This document shows positions 20,997 to 32,887 of a stretch of 64,000 bases of DNA, piece after piece. The DNA comes from Polyangiales bacterium (GTDB lineage Bacteria > Myxococcota_A > Polyangia > Polyangiales > JADJQN01), in contig CAXNJO010000003.1 in NCBI GenBank assembly GCA_964202905.1, forward strand, positions 160,001 to 224,000. The letters are read 5' to 3'. The position numbers and the translations under genes are program-made. Position 1 is the stretch's first letter, and the number at the start of each line of letters is the position of its first letter. The notes under the pieces were generated by a model. That model ran no database searches. It was given only the letters and a program-made list of their open reading frames with translations, and was not told the origin of the DNA.

Positions 20997-21782
20997 TCAG
21001 CCGGCCAGCAGACGCATGCCGAAGACGAACACGTCGTAGAGCGCGTGCGCGTACACGGCGATCGCGAACCCGCGCCCCCGGTAGAGCGCCGCGAGCGCGA
21101 GCCCGAAGAGCGCCCGAAACGTGAAACTCGGCAGCGCGAACGGGTCACCGAAGGGGCCCACGTAGTGCGCCGCCGAGAAGATCGTCGCGCTCACGAGGGC
21201 GGCGACGACGACGGCCTTCACGCGGCCGACCTTCCCGACGCGCTCGAGCGCCCACGCGCCCCCGGCGAAGAGCCCGACGCGGAAGACCAACTCTTCGTGA
21301 AACCCCGCGCCCGCGGAGAGGACGAGCGCTCCGACCGGGCCGATCGGCGGCGGCCCCGCCTGGAGCGGCGCGAGGCAGGACGCGAACACGCGCGCGGTCA
21401 CCCAGCCGACCGTGACCGCGAGCACGCCCGCCCACAGCGCGCTCTCGACGAGCACCGGCAGGAGCGCGCGCGGGTGCACCGCGCCGCGGCTGCGCAGCCC
21501 GAGGCCCGCGAGCACGATGCCCCCGGCGATCGCGGCCGTGAGCCCCAGATACAGCGGCAGGCTCGCCTGCGCGAGCGCGAGCAGCGGCCCCGAGACGAAG
21601 TCGACGCCGTTTCGGACGTCCGTGAGCAGCAGCCCGACGTGGTAGACGACGAAGACGGGCGTCGTCAGCGCGAGGCTGGTCAGCGGGTCGTGCCGCTGCG
21701 CCAGATACCCGAAAACACCGCCCTTTCGCCCGCGGCCCGCCGGCTTGCCCGCCTGCGCGAGCCGCCCTTCACACGCGCTCAT
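20997..21782 (-). CDS. CPBP (CAAX/Abi) intramembrane glutamic endopeptidase
   Basis: EELVFR, FSAAHY, HALYD. Confidence 0.88.
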   Translation of the reverse strand: MSACEGRLAQAGKPAGRGRKGGVFGYLAQRHDPLTSLALTTPVFVVYHVGLLLTDVRNGVDFVSGPLLALAQASLPLYLGLTAAIAGGIVLAGLGLRSRGAVHPRALLPVLVESALWAGVLAVTVGWVTARVFASCLAPLQAGPPPIGPVGALVLSAGAGFHEELVFRVGLFAGGAWALERVGKVGRVKAVVVAALVSATIFSAAHYVGPFGDPFALPSFTFRALFGLALAALYRGRGFAIAVYAHALYDVFVFGMRLLAG

Positions 21783-21813
21783 CGGGCGCAGCGTCGCACG
21801 CCGACCGCTCCGC

Positions 21814-22320
21814 TCAAGCGAGCCGGACGAGCAGCGCCGCGCCCTCGACCGCGTCGCCCGCCTTGACGTGGATGCTCTCGACCCGGCCTGCGACGAGCGC
21901 GCGCAGCTCGTTCTCCATCTTCATCGCCTCGACGACGACGACCGCCTGCTGCGCGACGACCTCGTCGCCCGCCGCGACGAGCACCTTCACGACGCGGCCC
22001 GGCATCGGCGAGCGCACCTCGCGGGAGCCGGCACCGGCGCCCGCCTGCCCGCGCTTCGACGCCGCCGCGCGCGCGCGCTCGCTCTGCACGGCGACCACCG
22101 CGCGCTGCGTGCCGGCGACGACCGACAGCGCCTCGGGCGCGCCGCCGATGGCCACGTCGAAGACGCGGTCGCCCCGCCGCAGGCTCACGCCGCCCGGCAC
22201 CGGCACGGCGTCGAGCGCCTGCGCGACGCCGTCGAGCGACACGGCCGCGATGCGCCCATCGGGCGCGATCTGCACGTCGACTTCGCGCTCTCGGCCGCCC
22301 AGCGTGACCCAGTACTTCAT
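21814..22320 (-). CDS. Biotin carboxyl carrier subunit of an acyl-CoA carboxylase
   Basis: SPMPGRV and the biotinylation motif EAMKMENEL. Confidence 0.92.
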   Translation of the reverse strand: MKYWVTLGGREREVDVQIAPDGRIAAVSLDGVAQALDAVPVPGGVSLRRGDRVFDVAIGGAPEALSVVAGTQRAVVAVQSERARAAASKRGQAGAGAGSREVRSPMPGRVVKVLVAAGDEVVAQQAVVVVEAMKMENELRALVAGRVESIHVKAGDAVEGAALLVRLA

Positions 22321-22415
22321 GCCCCCGCGCTTCTACCGAATCCCGTCCGCGGGCGCAATCGCGCGCGCCGCGGAGATTGCGGCGCGAGCGCCCGCCCGAC
22401 TATCGTCGCGCCCCC

Positions 22416-24371
22416 ATGCCCCCCACACGCCCCACCACGCCGCGCCTCGCGCGCGCCCTCCCCGCCCTCGCCCTGCTCGCCGCCTGCGGCCCCTCCGCGG
22501 CGCGCGGCACGCTGCCCACGGGCGCCCCCGAGCTCACGCGGCTCCGCTTCAACCAGCTCGCGATGCAGCTCGATCTCCCCTATTTCTGGGAGCGCGACAC
22601 AAACGGCGACGGCGCCCCCGACGCGGCCGAGCTGCGCGCGCTGCGCTTCCATCCGCGCACCACGGTCGACGCCGCGGGCGCGATCGCGCAGGTCCGCGAG
22701 GCGCTGCGTCGCCCGCCCGCCGCGACCGAGCGCGAGCGCCTCGTGCGCGAGGAGCTCGACCGCGCCGCCCCGACGCTCGTGTGGAACGATCTCTCCGCGC
22801 TGCCGCCCGCGCACCGCGACTTCGCGGCGCAGATGCTCACGGTCAGCGAGCACCTCGATCGCCTGTATTTCCGGCAGACCGGCGCCGAGGCCATGGCCGC
22901 GCGCGTCGCCGACGACACCGCGAGCCGCGCGCTGTTCCGCCGCAACTGGGGCCCGCGCTGCAAGGGCAGCGTCACCGAGTCGCAGGCCGCTTGCTCGGCC
23001 GTCGAGGGCGCGCCGCGGCAGCCCGTGGACGTCTACCCCGCGCGCCTGCAAGAGGACGAGAACTTCTGCGCGACGCTCGAGGCGCGCCCCGACGCCGCCG
23101 CGCTGCTCTCGCCCTTCACCGTCGTGCGCGAGGAACAGGGCAACCTCGTTGCGGTGTCGTATCCCGTCGCGTACCGCGAGCTCGTGACGCCGATCGTCAC
23201 CGGGCTGCGCGCCGCCGCCGACGCCATCGCGGCCGACCCCGCGGAGACGGCGCTCATCGCGTACCTGCGCGCCGCGGCGACCGCCTGGGAGACGAACGAC
23301 TGGGTCCCCGCCGACGAGGCGTGGTCGCGGATGAGCGTGCGCAACTCGCGCTGGTACGTGCGCATCGCGCCCGACGAGACGTATTGGGAGCCCTGCGCGC
23401 ACAAGGCGGGGTTCCACCTCACCTTCGCGCTCGTCGATCAGGGCTCGCTCGCCTGGCAGGAGCGCCTCACGCCCGTGCAGCGCGACATGGAGGCGGCGCT
23501 CGCGGCGCTCGCGAGCGACGTCTACCGCCCGCGCGACGTGTCCTTCCACATGCCGGACTTCATCGACATCGTCGTCAACGCGGGCGACGACCGCGACGCG
23601 TTCGGCGCGACGATCGGCCAGAGCCTCCCGAACTGGGGCCCCGTGGCCGACGAGGGCCGCGGCCGCACCGTCGCGATGACCAACCTCTACACCGACGAAG
23701 ACAGCATGGAGCGCCGCCGCGCGCAGGCCGCGTCGATGCTCAGCCCCGCGTCGATGCAGGCCTACACCGCGGACGAAGAGGCCGGGCTGCTCTCGACCAT
23801 CCTCCACGAGGCGACCCACAACCTCGGCCCCGCGCACGAGTACCGCGTCAACGGGCAGACCGACGACGAGGCCTTCGGCGGCGGGCTCGCCTCGACGTTC
23901 GAGGAGCTCAAGGCGCAGAGCGGCGCGCTCTATTTCGTCGAGTGGCTGCGCGCGCGCGGCATCCTCAGCGACGCGCAGGCGAAGCGCGTCTACGTCGACT
24001 CGATCGTCTGGACGTTCGGCCACATCTCGCGCGGCATGTACACGCCCTCCCACCAGCGGAAGGCCTACTCGCAGCTCGCCGCGATCCAGGTCGGCTTCCT
24101 GCTCGACGAGGGCGCGCTCAGCTTCGATCCCGACGCGCTCGCCGCCGACGGCACGAGCCGCGGCGCGTTCACGCTGCATTTCGATCGCCTGCCCGCCGCG
24201 TGCGAGCGGCTGATGGCGCGCGTGATGCGCATCAAGGCGACGGGCGATCGCGCCGCGGCCGAGGCGCTCGCCGCGCGGCACGTCGACGGCGACCGCGTTC
24301 CGCACGCGCTCGTCGTCGAGCGCTACAAGCGCTTCCCGCAGGCGACCTTCGTGTACGGCGTCGCGCCCTGA
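22416..24371 (+). CDS. Zn-dependent peptidase lipoprotein, dipeptidyl-peptidase III (M49)-like
   Basis: Lipobox LAAC; IGQSLPN; ILHEATHNLGP; EELKA. Confidence 0.75.
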   Translation: MPPTRPTTPRLARALPALALLAACGPSAARGTLPTGAPELTRLRFNQLAMQLDLPYFWERDTNGDGAPDAAELRALRFHPRTTVDAAGAIAQVREALRRPPAATERERLVREELDRAAPTLVWNDLSALPPAHRDFAAQMLTVSEHLDRLYFRQTGAEAMAARVADDTASRALFRRNWGPRCKGSVTESQAACSAVEGAPRQPVDVYPARLQEDENFCATLEARPDAAALLSPFTVVREEQGNLVAVSYPVAYRELVTPIVTGLRAAADAIAADPAETALIAYLRAAATAWETNDWVPADEAWSRMSVRNSRWYVRIAPDETYWEPCAHKAGFHLTFALVDQGSLAWQERLTPVQRDMEAALAALASDVYRPRDVSFHMPDFIDIVVNAGDDRDAFGATIGQSLPNWGPVADEGRGRTVAMTNLYTDEDSMERRRAQAASMLSPASMQAYTADEEAGLLSTILHEATHNLGPAHEYRVNGQTDDEAFGGGLASTFEELKAQSGALYFVEWLRARGILSDAQAKRVYVDSIVWTFGHISRGMYTPSHQRKAYSQLAAIQVGFLLDEGALSFDPDALAADGTSRGAFTLHFDRLPAACERLMARVMRIKATGDRAAAEALAARHVDGDRVPHALVVERYKRFPQATFVYGVAP

Positions 24372-24479
24372 CCACGCGGGCGACGAGCGTCTTTCACCTC
24401 CGAAAAGACGCCGCGCGTGAACCATCTTCCAGGATGGTGACGACGGCGCGCGCGGCCGCTTCGCGAACGTCCATCCCGC

Positions 24480-25847
<1,368 letters not shown>

Positions 25848-25921
25848 CCTATCCCGCTTCGCCGCGCGCAGGCCCGCCGATCGCCCGCCGCGCCCGGCGA
25901 GTGACCCACCGCACGGCGACG

Positions 25922-25959
25922 GTCGGCACCGACGTTGTCTCCGACATGCAACGAAGTTG
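25922..25959. promoter_or_regulatory. Cluster of short dyads, possible enhancer (bEBP-binding) site
   Basis: GTCGG-ca-CCGAC, TGTC-tcc-GACA and CAAC-gaa-GTTG lie 110-145 bp upstream of the candidate sigma54 promoter. Confidence 0.3.
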
Positions 25960-26067
25960 GCCCCGCGCGCCCCGGGCCGCGCGCCTCCCACCGCGACGAG
26001 CCGCGCCACGGCCCTGGATCGCGCGGGATTTCATCACCCGGAGGCGGCCGGCGTGGCGCAGAAGCCG

Positions 26068-26083
26068 CGGCACGCAGCGTGCT
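26068..26083 (+). promoter_or_regulatory. Candidate sigma54 (-24/-12) promoter
   Basis: CGGCACGCAGCGTGCT versus consensus TGGCACG-N4-TTGCW, with exact GG-N10-GC spacing. Confidence 0.55.
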
Positions 26084-26194
26084 TGAGGCACACCGCGGAA
26101 AGCCGCGAAGGCATTGCGGGCGGGCGGTCCGCTCGTGTACCGTCACGGCTCGAAATCACCCCGTCGGCCCACGGCCGTCGGCCCCGGAGGAACG

Positions 26195-28010
26195 ATGAAG
26201 CGGAATCTCGGTTCGGTCCTGCAGTCCAGGCCGCGCGCGCAGGGCGGTCCCCTCGCGGCGCTGCGTCACGTCGGCCTCGCGAGCACGGTCATCCTCGCGG
26301 CCGGGCTCGCCACGACGGGCTGCCTCGACCGCGAACTGCGGCCCCTCGTCCCCTGCGTCTCGCAGGGCTTCGTCGAGTCGGTCGAGCAGAACGCCGTCGA
26401 CAAGGTCGACCTGCTCTTCATGGTCGACAACTCGGGCTCCATGCTCGAGGAGCAGGCCTCGCTCGGCACCGAGCTGCCCCGCCTCGTCCGCGTCTTGACG
26501 AGCGGCGACCGCACGGGCGACGGACCCGACGCCGGACGACTTCCAGCCCGTCAAGAACCTCCACGTCGGCGTCGTGACCAGCGACATGGGCGTCGGCGGC
26601 TTCAACGTCCCGACCTGCACGCGCGCCGCGATGTTCGGCGACGACGGCCTCCTCCGCACCACCGGCAACACGACGGTGACGGGCTGCATGGCCACCTACC
26701 CGCGCTTCCTCGAGTACATCCCCGGCACCTCCCCGCAAACGCCGGACCAGTTCGGCGCGGACTTCCGCTGCGTCGCAGCCGCAGGCACCACGGGTTGCGG
26801 CTTCGAGCAGCAGCTCGAGGCGACGCTCAAGGCCGTCACGCCCTCGAGTTCGGGCATCACGTTCTTCGCGGGCTCGCAGGGCCACGGCGACATCGAGAAC
26901 GCCGGCTTCATCCGCCCGGACTCGGTGCTCGCGCTCATCCTCGTCACCGACGAAGAGGACTGCTCGGTCCGCTCGGGCTTCGAGGACATCTTCAACCAGA
27001 TGACCCCGACCTACACGGGTGACCTCAACATCCGCTGCTTCCTCTACAAGGAGCCGCAGTACCCGGTGCAGCGCTACATCGACGGCTTCAAGGCGCTCCG
27101 CGCCGGCCGCGAGAGCCTCCTCGTCTTCGGCGCGATCACGGGCGTCCCGCTCGACCTCGTCCGCGAGGGCACGCCGAACTACGACGGCATCCTCGCCGAC
27201 CCGCGCATGGTCGAGGCGGTCGACACCATGTCGGGCACCACGGGCGCGCGCCTCGCGCCGTCCTGCAACGTGCCGGGCCGCGGCGTCGCCTTCCCGCCCC
27301 GCCGCATCGTCGAGGTCGCCAAGGGCTTCCGCGAGAACGGCATCGTCCAGTCGATCTGCCAGGACTCCTACACCGCCGCGCTCGACGCCATCATCGAGAA
27401 GATCGCCGACGCGCTCGGCAACGTCTGCCTGCCGCGCAAGCTGAACCCGGATGACACGGGCCTCGTCGGCTGCGACGTCATCGAGGTCATCCCGCCCCCC
27501 GGCTCCTTCGAGGGCCAGCCCAACAGCTGCGCCGACCTCGCCGGCGTCGAGGCCGAGCCCGTGCGCGTGAACCCGGACGGCTCCACCGAGTGCGCCGTCG
27601 TCCAGCTCGCCACGGCGGGCGGGCTTGCACCGACCTCGGGCGAAGGCTGGTACTACGACGACTTCTCGATGACGACGCAGACTTCGTGCGGCGCGTCGGG
27701 CCAGCGCATCGCCTTCACGACGGGCGCCATCCCGCCGAACGGCGTGCAGGTCAACCTCGAGTGCCTCCAGCGCATCCAGGGCTCGGGCGGCGGCACGGGC
27801 ACGACCATCCAGGTCGGCACGTTCTGCAACCCCGAGAGCAGCGACCCGAACGAGAACCCGTGCGGCACGGTGCCGGGCGGCCTCGCCTGCGAGCCGCTCT
27901 CCCGGAGCTGCCAGGTCGGCTGCGCGTCGGACGCGAACTGCCCGTCCTCGCTCGTCTGCGACCTCTCGTCGGGCACCGGCTTCTGCCGCAACCCGATCTG
28001 CGTCGACTGA
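26195..28010 (+). CDS. VWA-like (MIDAS DxSxS) Cys-rich lipoprotein; single frameshift near 26530
   Basis: GGAGG RBS; lipobox TTGC; VDLLFMVDNSGSM. Continues in the next frame as LHVGVVTSDMG..GCGFEQQLEA..LVTDEEDCS, with a Cys-rich C-terminus. Confidence 0.8.
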
Positions 28011-28052
28011 CGGCAGGCCCTGACCGCTGAGCCCTGCGGCTCGGCCCACCCG

Positions 28053-28088
28053 CGAGAGGCGCGGTCCCGGAAGGGACTGCGCCTCTCG
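28053..28088 (+). terminator. Intrinsic terminator hairpin
   Basis: CGAGAGGCGCGGTCCC-GGAA-GGGACTGCGCCTCTCG: 16-bp stem with one GU and a GNRA loop, followed by gcgtttc. Confidence 0.75.
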
Positions 28089-28280
28089 GCGTTTCAGGAC
28101 GTCGACGCGCGGCACCTCCACGGCGCCCATCCCGCCGCGACGCGCGCCACACACGGGCGGCGCGACGCGCAGGGCGCCGGCGGGCCGCCGACGGCCGCCC
28201 GCCAATCCGCCGTTCTGCGCCCGTAAGTCCACGAGATCATGACGCTCCCGAGCGGCGCAGCGCGTGCTCGAGGACGGCGC

Positions 28281-29894
28281 ATGCTCGCCACCGTCCAGTC
28301 CGGCACGCTCGTCGGCACCGAAGCCCAGCCCGTCGTCGTCGAGGTCCACCTGGGGCGCGGACTCCCGGGCTTCGACGTCGTGGGGCTGCCCGAGGCCGCC
28401 GTGAAGGAGAGCCGCGTGCGCGTGCGCGCGGCCATCGCCAACCAGGGCTTCGAGTTGCCGCCGCGGCACATCCTGCTGAGCCTCGCGCCGGCGGATCTGC
28501 GCAAGAGCGGCGCCTCCTTCGACCTCGCGATCGCCGTCGCCGTGCTCGCGGCCTCGGGCGCGTGCGCGCCGAATCACCTCGACGAGACGCTGCTCGTCGG
28601 CGAGCTCTCGCTCTCCGGGGAGGTGCGCCCCGTGCGCGGCGTGCTCGCGCAGCTCCAGAGCGCCCGCGCGCGCGGGCTGCGGAGCGCCATCGTGCCTGCC
28701 GGGAACGCGGCGGAGGCCGCCCTCGCCGCCGGAGAGGGCGCGCTCGAGGTGCGCTGCGCGCAGCGGCTCGACGAGGTCATCGCGTACCTCGACGGCCGCG
28801 GAGACCTGCCGCCAGCGCGGGCGCTCGCCTTCGACGACACCGATCCAGGGCCGGGCAGCGCAGGTGTCGTCGACTTCGGCGACGTGCGCGGGCAGGAGTC
28901 GGCGCGGCGCGCATGCGAGATCGCCGCGGCCGGCGCGCACCACGTGATCTTCGTCGGGCCTCCTGGCGCGGGCAAGACGATGCTCGCGCGGCGCCTCCCG
29001 ACGCTGCTGCCGGCGGCGACACGCGCGGAGGCGCTCGAGATCGCCGCGATCGCCGGTGTCGCGGGCCTCGCGCTGCCGAGCGCTGCGAGCCTGCGCGCGA
29101 GGCCGTTTCGCGCGCCGCACCACACGGCGAGCGAGGTCGCGCTCATCGGCGGCGGCGACCCGGTGCGCCCCGGCGAGGTCACGCTCGCGCACGGCGGCGT
29201 GCTCTTCCTCGACGAGCTGCCGGAGTTCCGACGCGGCGCGATCGAGGCGCTCCGCACGACCATGGAGCTCGGCGTCGCCGTCGTCGCGCGGGCGCGGCAG
29301 CGCGTGACGATGCCCGCGCAGCCGCTCGTCGTCGCGGCGATGAACCCCTGCCCGTGCGGCTTCGCGGGGGACGCGCGGCGCGTCTGCACGTGCGCGCCCG
29401 ATCGCGCGGCGGCCTACCGCGCGCGCGTCTCGGGCCCGCTGCTCGATCGCTTCGACCTGCACGTGGAGTTGCCGCCGGTCCGCACCACGGCCCTCCGCGG
29501 CGCGGCGCCCGGCGACGCGAGCGCCGTCGTGCGCGCCCGGGTCGAGGCCGCGCGCGCGTTCAGCCGGGAACGCTGCGCAAAGCGCGGCGCAGCGCCCAGC
29601 GATCCCCTCGAAGCCCTCGCGCGGGATGTCGCGGGCGAGGCCCTCCGCCTGCTCGATGACGCGACCGAGCGCCTCGGATTCTCCGCGCGGGCATACGGCA
29701 AGGTGCTGCGCGTCGCACGGACGATCGCCGACCTCGAGGCGAGCGCGCTCGTCGGCGAGGCCCACGTCGCCGAGGCGCTCGTGTACCGCGTGCTCGACCG
29801 CGGCGCGGGGCGCGGGCGCACACCCACGAGTCCCGGGGGCCCGATCGGCCCCCGTGTCGCACCCCCCACCCCCACGAAGGAGACCCGTCCATGA
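28281..29894 (+). CDS. comM: ComM/YifB Mg-chelatase-like AAA+ ATPase
   Basis: [78 protein letters not shown]. Confidence 0.93.
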   Translation: MLATVQSGTLVGTEAQPVVVEVHLGRGLPGFDVVGLPEAAVKESRVRVRAAIANQGFELPPRHILLSLAPADLRKSGASFDLAIAVAVLAASGACAPNHLDETLLVGELSLSGEVRPVRGVLAQLQSARARGLRSAIVPAGNAAEAALAAGEGALEVRCAQRLDEVIAYLDGRGDLPPARALAFDDTDPGPGSAGVVDFGDVRGQESARRACEIAAAGAHHVIFVGPPGAGKTMLARRLPTLLPAATRAEALEIAAIAGVAGLALPSAASLRARPFRAPHHTASEVALIGGGDPVRPGEVTLAHGGVLFLDELPEFRRGAIEALRTTMELGVAVVARARQRVTMPAQPLVVAAMNPCPCGFAGDARRVCTCAPDRAAAYRARVSGPLLDRFDLHVELPPVRTTALRGAAPGDASAVVRARVEAARAFSRERCAKRGAAPSDPLEALARDVAGEALRLLDDATERLGFSARAYGKVLRVARTIADLEASALVGEAHVAEALVYRVLDRGAGRGRTPTSPGGPIGPRVAPPTPTKETRP

Positions 29895-30913
29895 GCATGA
29901 AAGACAAGCTGAAGGCCGTGCAGACCGCGATCGCGGCGATCGAGAAGCAGTTCGGCAAGGGCGCGATCATGGCGCTCGGAGAGCGGGAGGCCGAGCAGGT
30001 GCCGGTGTTCGGCTCGGGCTCGCCGTCCCTCGACGCGGCGCTCGGATGCGGCGGCTATCCGCGCGGCCGTGTCGTCGAGATCTACGGCCCCGAGTCGAGC
30101 GGCAAGACGACGCTCACGCTCCACGCGATCGCCGAGTGCCAGCGCGCGGGCGGCATCGCCGCCTTCGTCGACGCCGAGCACGCGCTCGACGTCAGCTACG
30201 CGCAGCGCCTCGGCGTCGACATCGGCAAGCTGCTCGTCAGCCAGCCGGACACGGGCGAGCAGGCGCTCGAGATCGTCGAGACGCTCGTGCGCTCGGGGGC
30301 CGTCGATCTCGTCGTCATCGACTCGGTCGCCGCGCTCGTGCCGCAGGCCGAGATCGACGGCGAGATGGGCGATCAGCACATGGGCCTGCAGGCGCGGCTC
30401 ATGAGCCAGGCGCTCCGCAAGCTCACGGGCATCACGCACCGCACGGGCTGCACGATCGTCTTCATCAACCAGCTCCGCATGAAGATCGGCGTGGTCTTCG
30501 GCTCGCCCGAGACGACGACCGGCGGCAACGCGCTCAAGTACTACGCCTCGGTGCGCCTCGACGTGCGCCGCATCGGGCAGGTGAAGAGCGGCGAGGACGT
30601 CGTCGGCAACCGCACCAAGGTGAAGGTCGTGAAGAACAAGCTCGCGCCGCCCTTCCAGACGGTCGAGTTCGACATCCGCTACGGGCAGGGCATCGACGCG
30701 CTCGGCGATCTGCTCGACCTCGCCGTCGCACGGAAGGTCGTCGAGAAGGCGGGCGCCTACTTCTCGTTCCGCGGCGACAACCTCGGCCAGGGCCGCGAGA
30801 AGACGCGCGCCGCGCTCCTCGAGAATGCGGCACTCCGCGAGGCCCTCGCCGCGGCGGTGCGCGCGACGAAGGCTGAGCCGGGCGCCTTGGTCGCCGACGC
30901 CGAAGCCGCCTGA
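29891..30913 (+). CDS. recA: Recombinase RecA
   Basis: [54 protein letters not shown] overlap with comM. Confidence 0.98.
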   Translation: MSMKDKLKAVQTAIAAIEKQFGKGAIMALGEREAEQVPVFGSGSPSLDAALGCGGYPRGRVVEIYGPESSGKTTLTLHAIAECQRAGGIAAFVDAEHALDVSYAQRLGVDIGKLLVSQPDTGEQALEIVETLVRSGAVDLVVIDSVAALVPQAEIDGEMGDQHMGLQARLMSQALRKLTGITHRTGCTIVFINQLRMKIGVVFGSPETTTGGNALKYYASVRLDVRRIGQVKSGEDVVGNRTKVKVVKNKLAPPFQTVEFDIRYGQGIDALGDLLDLAVARKVVEKAGAYFSFRGDNLGQGREKTRAALLENAALREALAAAVRATKAEPGALVADAEAA

Positions 30914-30919
30914 CGAAGC

Positions 30920-30947
30920 GGCCCCGTCCTCTCGCGGGGGCGGGGCC
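30920..30947. terminator. Hairpin between convergent genes (probable terminator)
   Basis: GGCCCCGTCCTC-TCGC-GGGGGCGGGGCC: 12-bp stem with 2 GU pairs on the + strand. Confidence 0.6.
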
Positions 30948-30975
30948 TGCGTCGCCGCCAACTCGTGTGCGCCAC

Positions 30976-31775
30976 TCAGGGCGCCGGAGTGCTCGCGGGG
31001 CCGAGGTTGATCGTGAACTCGACGTCCGGATCCGCGTTGGCGGGCTCCGGATCGAACGACGGTTCGCCCGGGTCCTCGACCCCATCCCGGTCGAGGTCGA
31101 CGAACGCGTGGACCGAGTGGAGCGTGTCCGACTGCGCGATGTCGGTGATGACCATCTCCCGACGGTTCGTCGCGAGGACCGGAATCGAATCGAGGCGGTA
31201 GAAGCCCACTTCGTCGCCACTCTGATTGCGCACGCGGTAGATGAACGCGTTGCGCCCGACATCGCCGAGTGTACCGAAGGTCACGATCACGTTGCCGCGC
31301 TCCGGGTCGTCGAGCGGCTGGATGTCCGCATCGAAGGGCCCCATGTGCGTGAACTCGAAGCAGCCGCCCTCGGGCACCTCTTCGACCCACGCATGGTCGC
31401 GTGCCGAGGTCGAAGCCGGGGGCCGTGCCGCTGCATGTCCGCCCAGAAGCGCGTCTCGTAGTCGCCAGGGGCGAGCGCGTCGTCGAGGAAGCCCTCCAGC
31501 GTCGTCGGGCGTCCATCGGGAATCGGGTCGTAAACGATGCCAGCGGCAACGCGTCCCGTCATGGCCTCGACGACTTTCATCTCGAAGCGCCGCCCCTGGT
31601 GCGGATCGAACGTGCTCAAGCGCCAGCGGAAGTCGCGCGTCATCGTGGCGTTGGCTTCGCAGGTCGGCGGCTCGACCTCGAAGCGGTCGAGGTTCGCGAC
31701 GGCGAAGCAACCCGGCGCCCCCAACGACGCGAGCAGCCCCGCGGCGAGTGCGCACAACCCGTGTGTTCCCCTCAT
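30976..31775 (-). CDS. Hypothetical lipoprotein; frameshift near 31400-31430
   Basis: TGATG coupling with the upstream TPR gene; lipobox APGC. N-half ends ...FWAD and C-half (DHAW...FVDLDRDG) lies in another frame. Confidence 0.6.
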
Positions 31776-32764
31776 CAGAACCTCCCCGTGAACGAGGCCA
31801 TGCATCCCGTCGGTCCACACGACGCCGAGGCGCTCGCGGCGGGCTCGTCCGCATCGGGCGCCCCGATCTGCAGGAGCACCAGCGAGAGCCCCGCAGCCGC
31901 GAGCACCGAGCCTCCGATCAGGAGGATGTCTGCGGTGGTGACGAGCGTCTGGGCCGCGTCGTAGGTGTCCCGCGCCGACGACGGGCAGCGGTTGCCGTTG
32001 CACATCCCCTCGAGCTCCGAGACCTTCCCGAGCGCGAGCGCGCCGACCGCGAACCCCGCGACCGCCGCCGCTACGCCCACGCCACCGATCACGGCGCCCG
32101 GCACCGAGAGCCGGAAGCGACTCTCGCCCTGCGCGACGGCCGCGCGCTCCGCCTCGCGCTGGGCGGCCTCGGCTGCCGCGGCGCGCTCGTGGGCGGCCTC
32201 GGTCGCCGCGGCCTGCTGCGCGCTCACTTCCGCCGCGGACTCGCGCTCGGCGAGCGTCGCCGCCATCGTCTGCAGGCGCGCCTCGAGGTTGAGGCGGTTG
32301 GGCAGCTCCGCCGGCATGGCCGCGAGGAAGGCGCGGAGCGCGGTGACGGCCTTCTCGAGGGCGTTGTCGTCGCGGTTTGCGACGAAGACGTTGAAGAGCA
32401 GCTCGGGGCGCCTCGAGAATTCGTAGGCGGCCTCGAACTCGCGCGCCGCCTCGGCGAAGCGCCCGCCCTCGTACAGCGTCTGGCCGACGCGGAAACGCGC
32501 GCGCGCCGTGGAGTCGAGCTGGGCATTCGCGCCGGCCGCGTCCATCTGTTGCGAGGTCACGCCATCGCGGGGCGCAGGCTGGGCCCCACCGCCCGCGGGC
32601 GGCGCGGGCTGCTGCGCGGGCGGCGCGGGTTGCTGCGCGCGCGCCGCGGGGACGAGGCCGAGCCACGCGGCGAAGAGGGCCGTGAGCAGCGCGAGCGCGC
32701 GGCTTCGGTGGGCATGGTGCGCGCCGCACACAGACGTCGGCGAGGGATCCGAGGCGTGGTTCAA
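31775..32764 (-). CDS. Secreted TPR protein with C-terminal hydrophobic segments ending in GRF
   Basis: Signal peptide ..ARA-QQP; TPR ARARF..G..LY..G.F..A..EFEAAY; C-terminal ASFTGRF. Confidence 0.7.
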   Translation of the reverse strand: MNHASDPSPTSVCGAHHAHRSRALALLTALFAAWLGLVPAARAQQPAPPAQQPAPPAGGGAQPAPRDGVTSQQMDAAGANAQLDSTARARFRVGQTLYEGGRFAEAAREFEAAYEFSRRPELLFNVFVANRDDNALEKAVTALRAFLAAMPAELPNRLNLEARLQTMAATLAERESAAEVSAQQAAATEAAHERAAAAEAAQREAERAAVAQGESRFRLSVPGAVIGGVGVAAAVAGFAVGALALGKVSELEGMCNGNRCPSSARDTYDAAQTLVTTADILLIGGSVLAAAGLSLVLLQIGAPDADEPAASASASCGPTGCMASFTGRF

Positions 32765-32887
32765 GCGTTCCTCCGGGCGCGCTGGACGCGGACGCCGCGC
32801 GCGGGGCGCAAGCTTAGCAGCAGTGCGCAGCCGCTCACAGAAGGCGCTGGGCGACGGCGATGCGCCACGCCATCGGGCGCGAGCCCG

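Noticed and set aside
28090..29890. LexA (SOS) box upstream of comM or recA
   Set aside because: No convincing LexA-type palindrome was seen by eye; a PWM scan would be needed to settle it.
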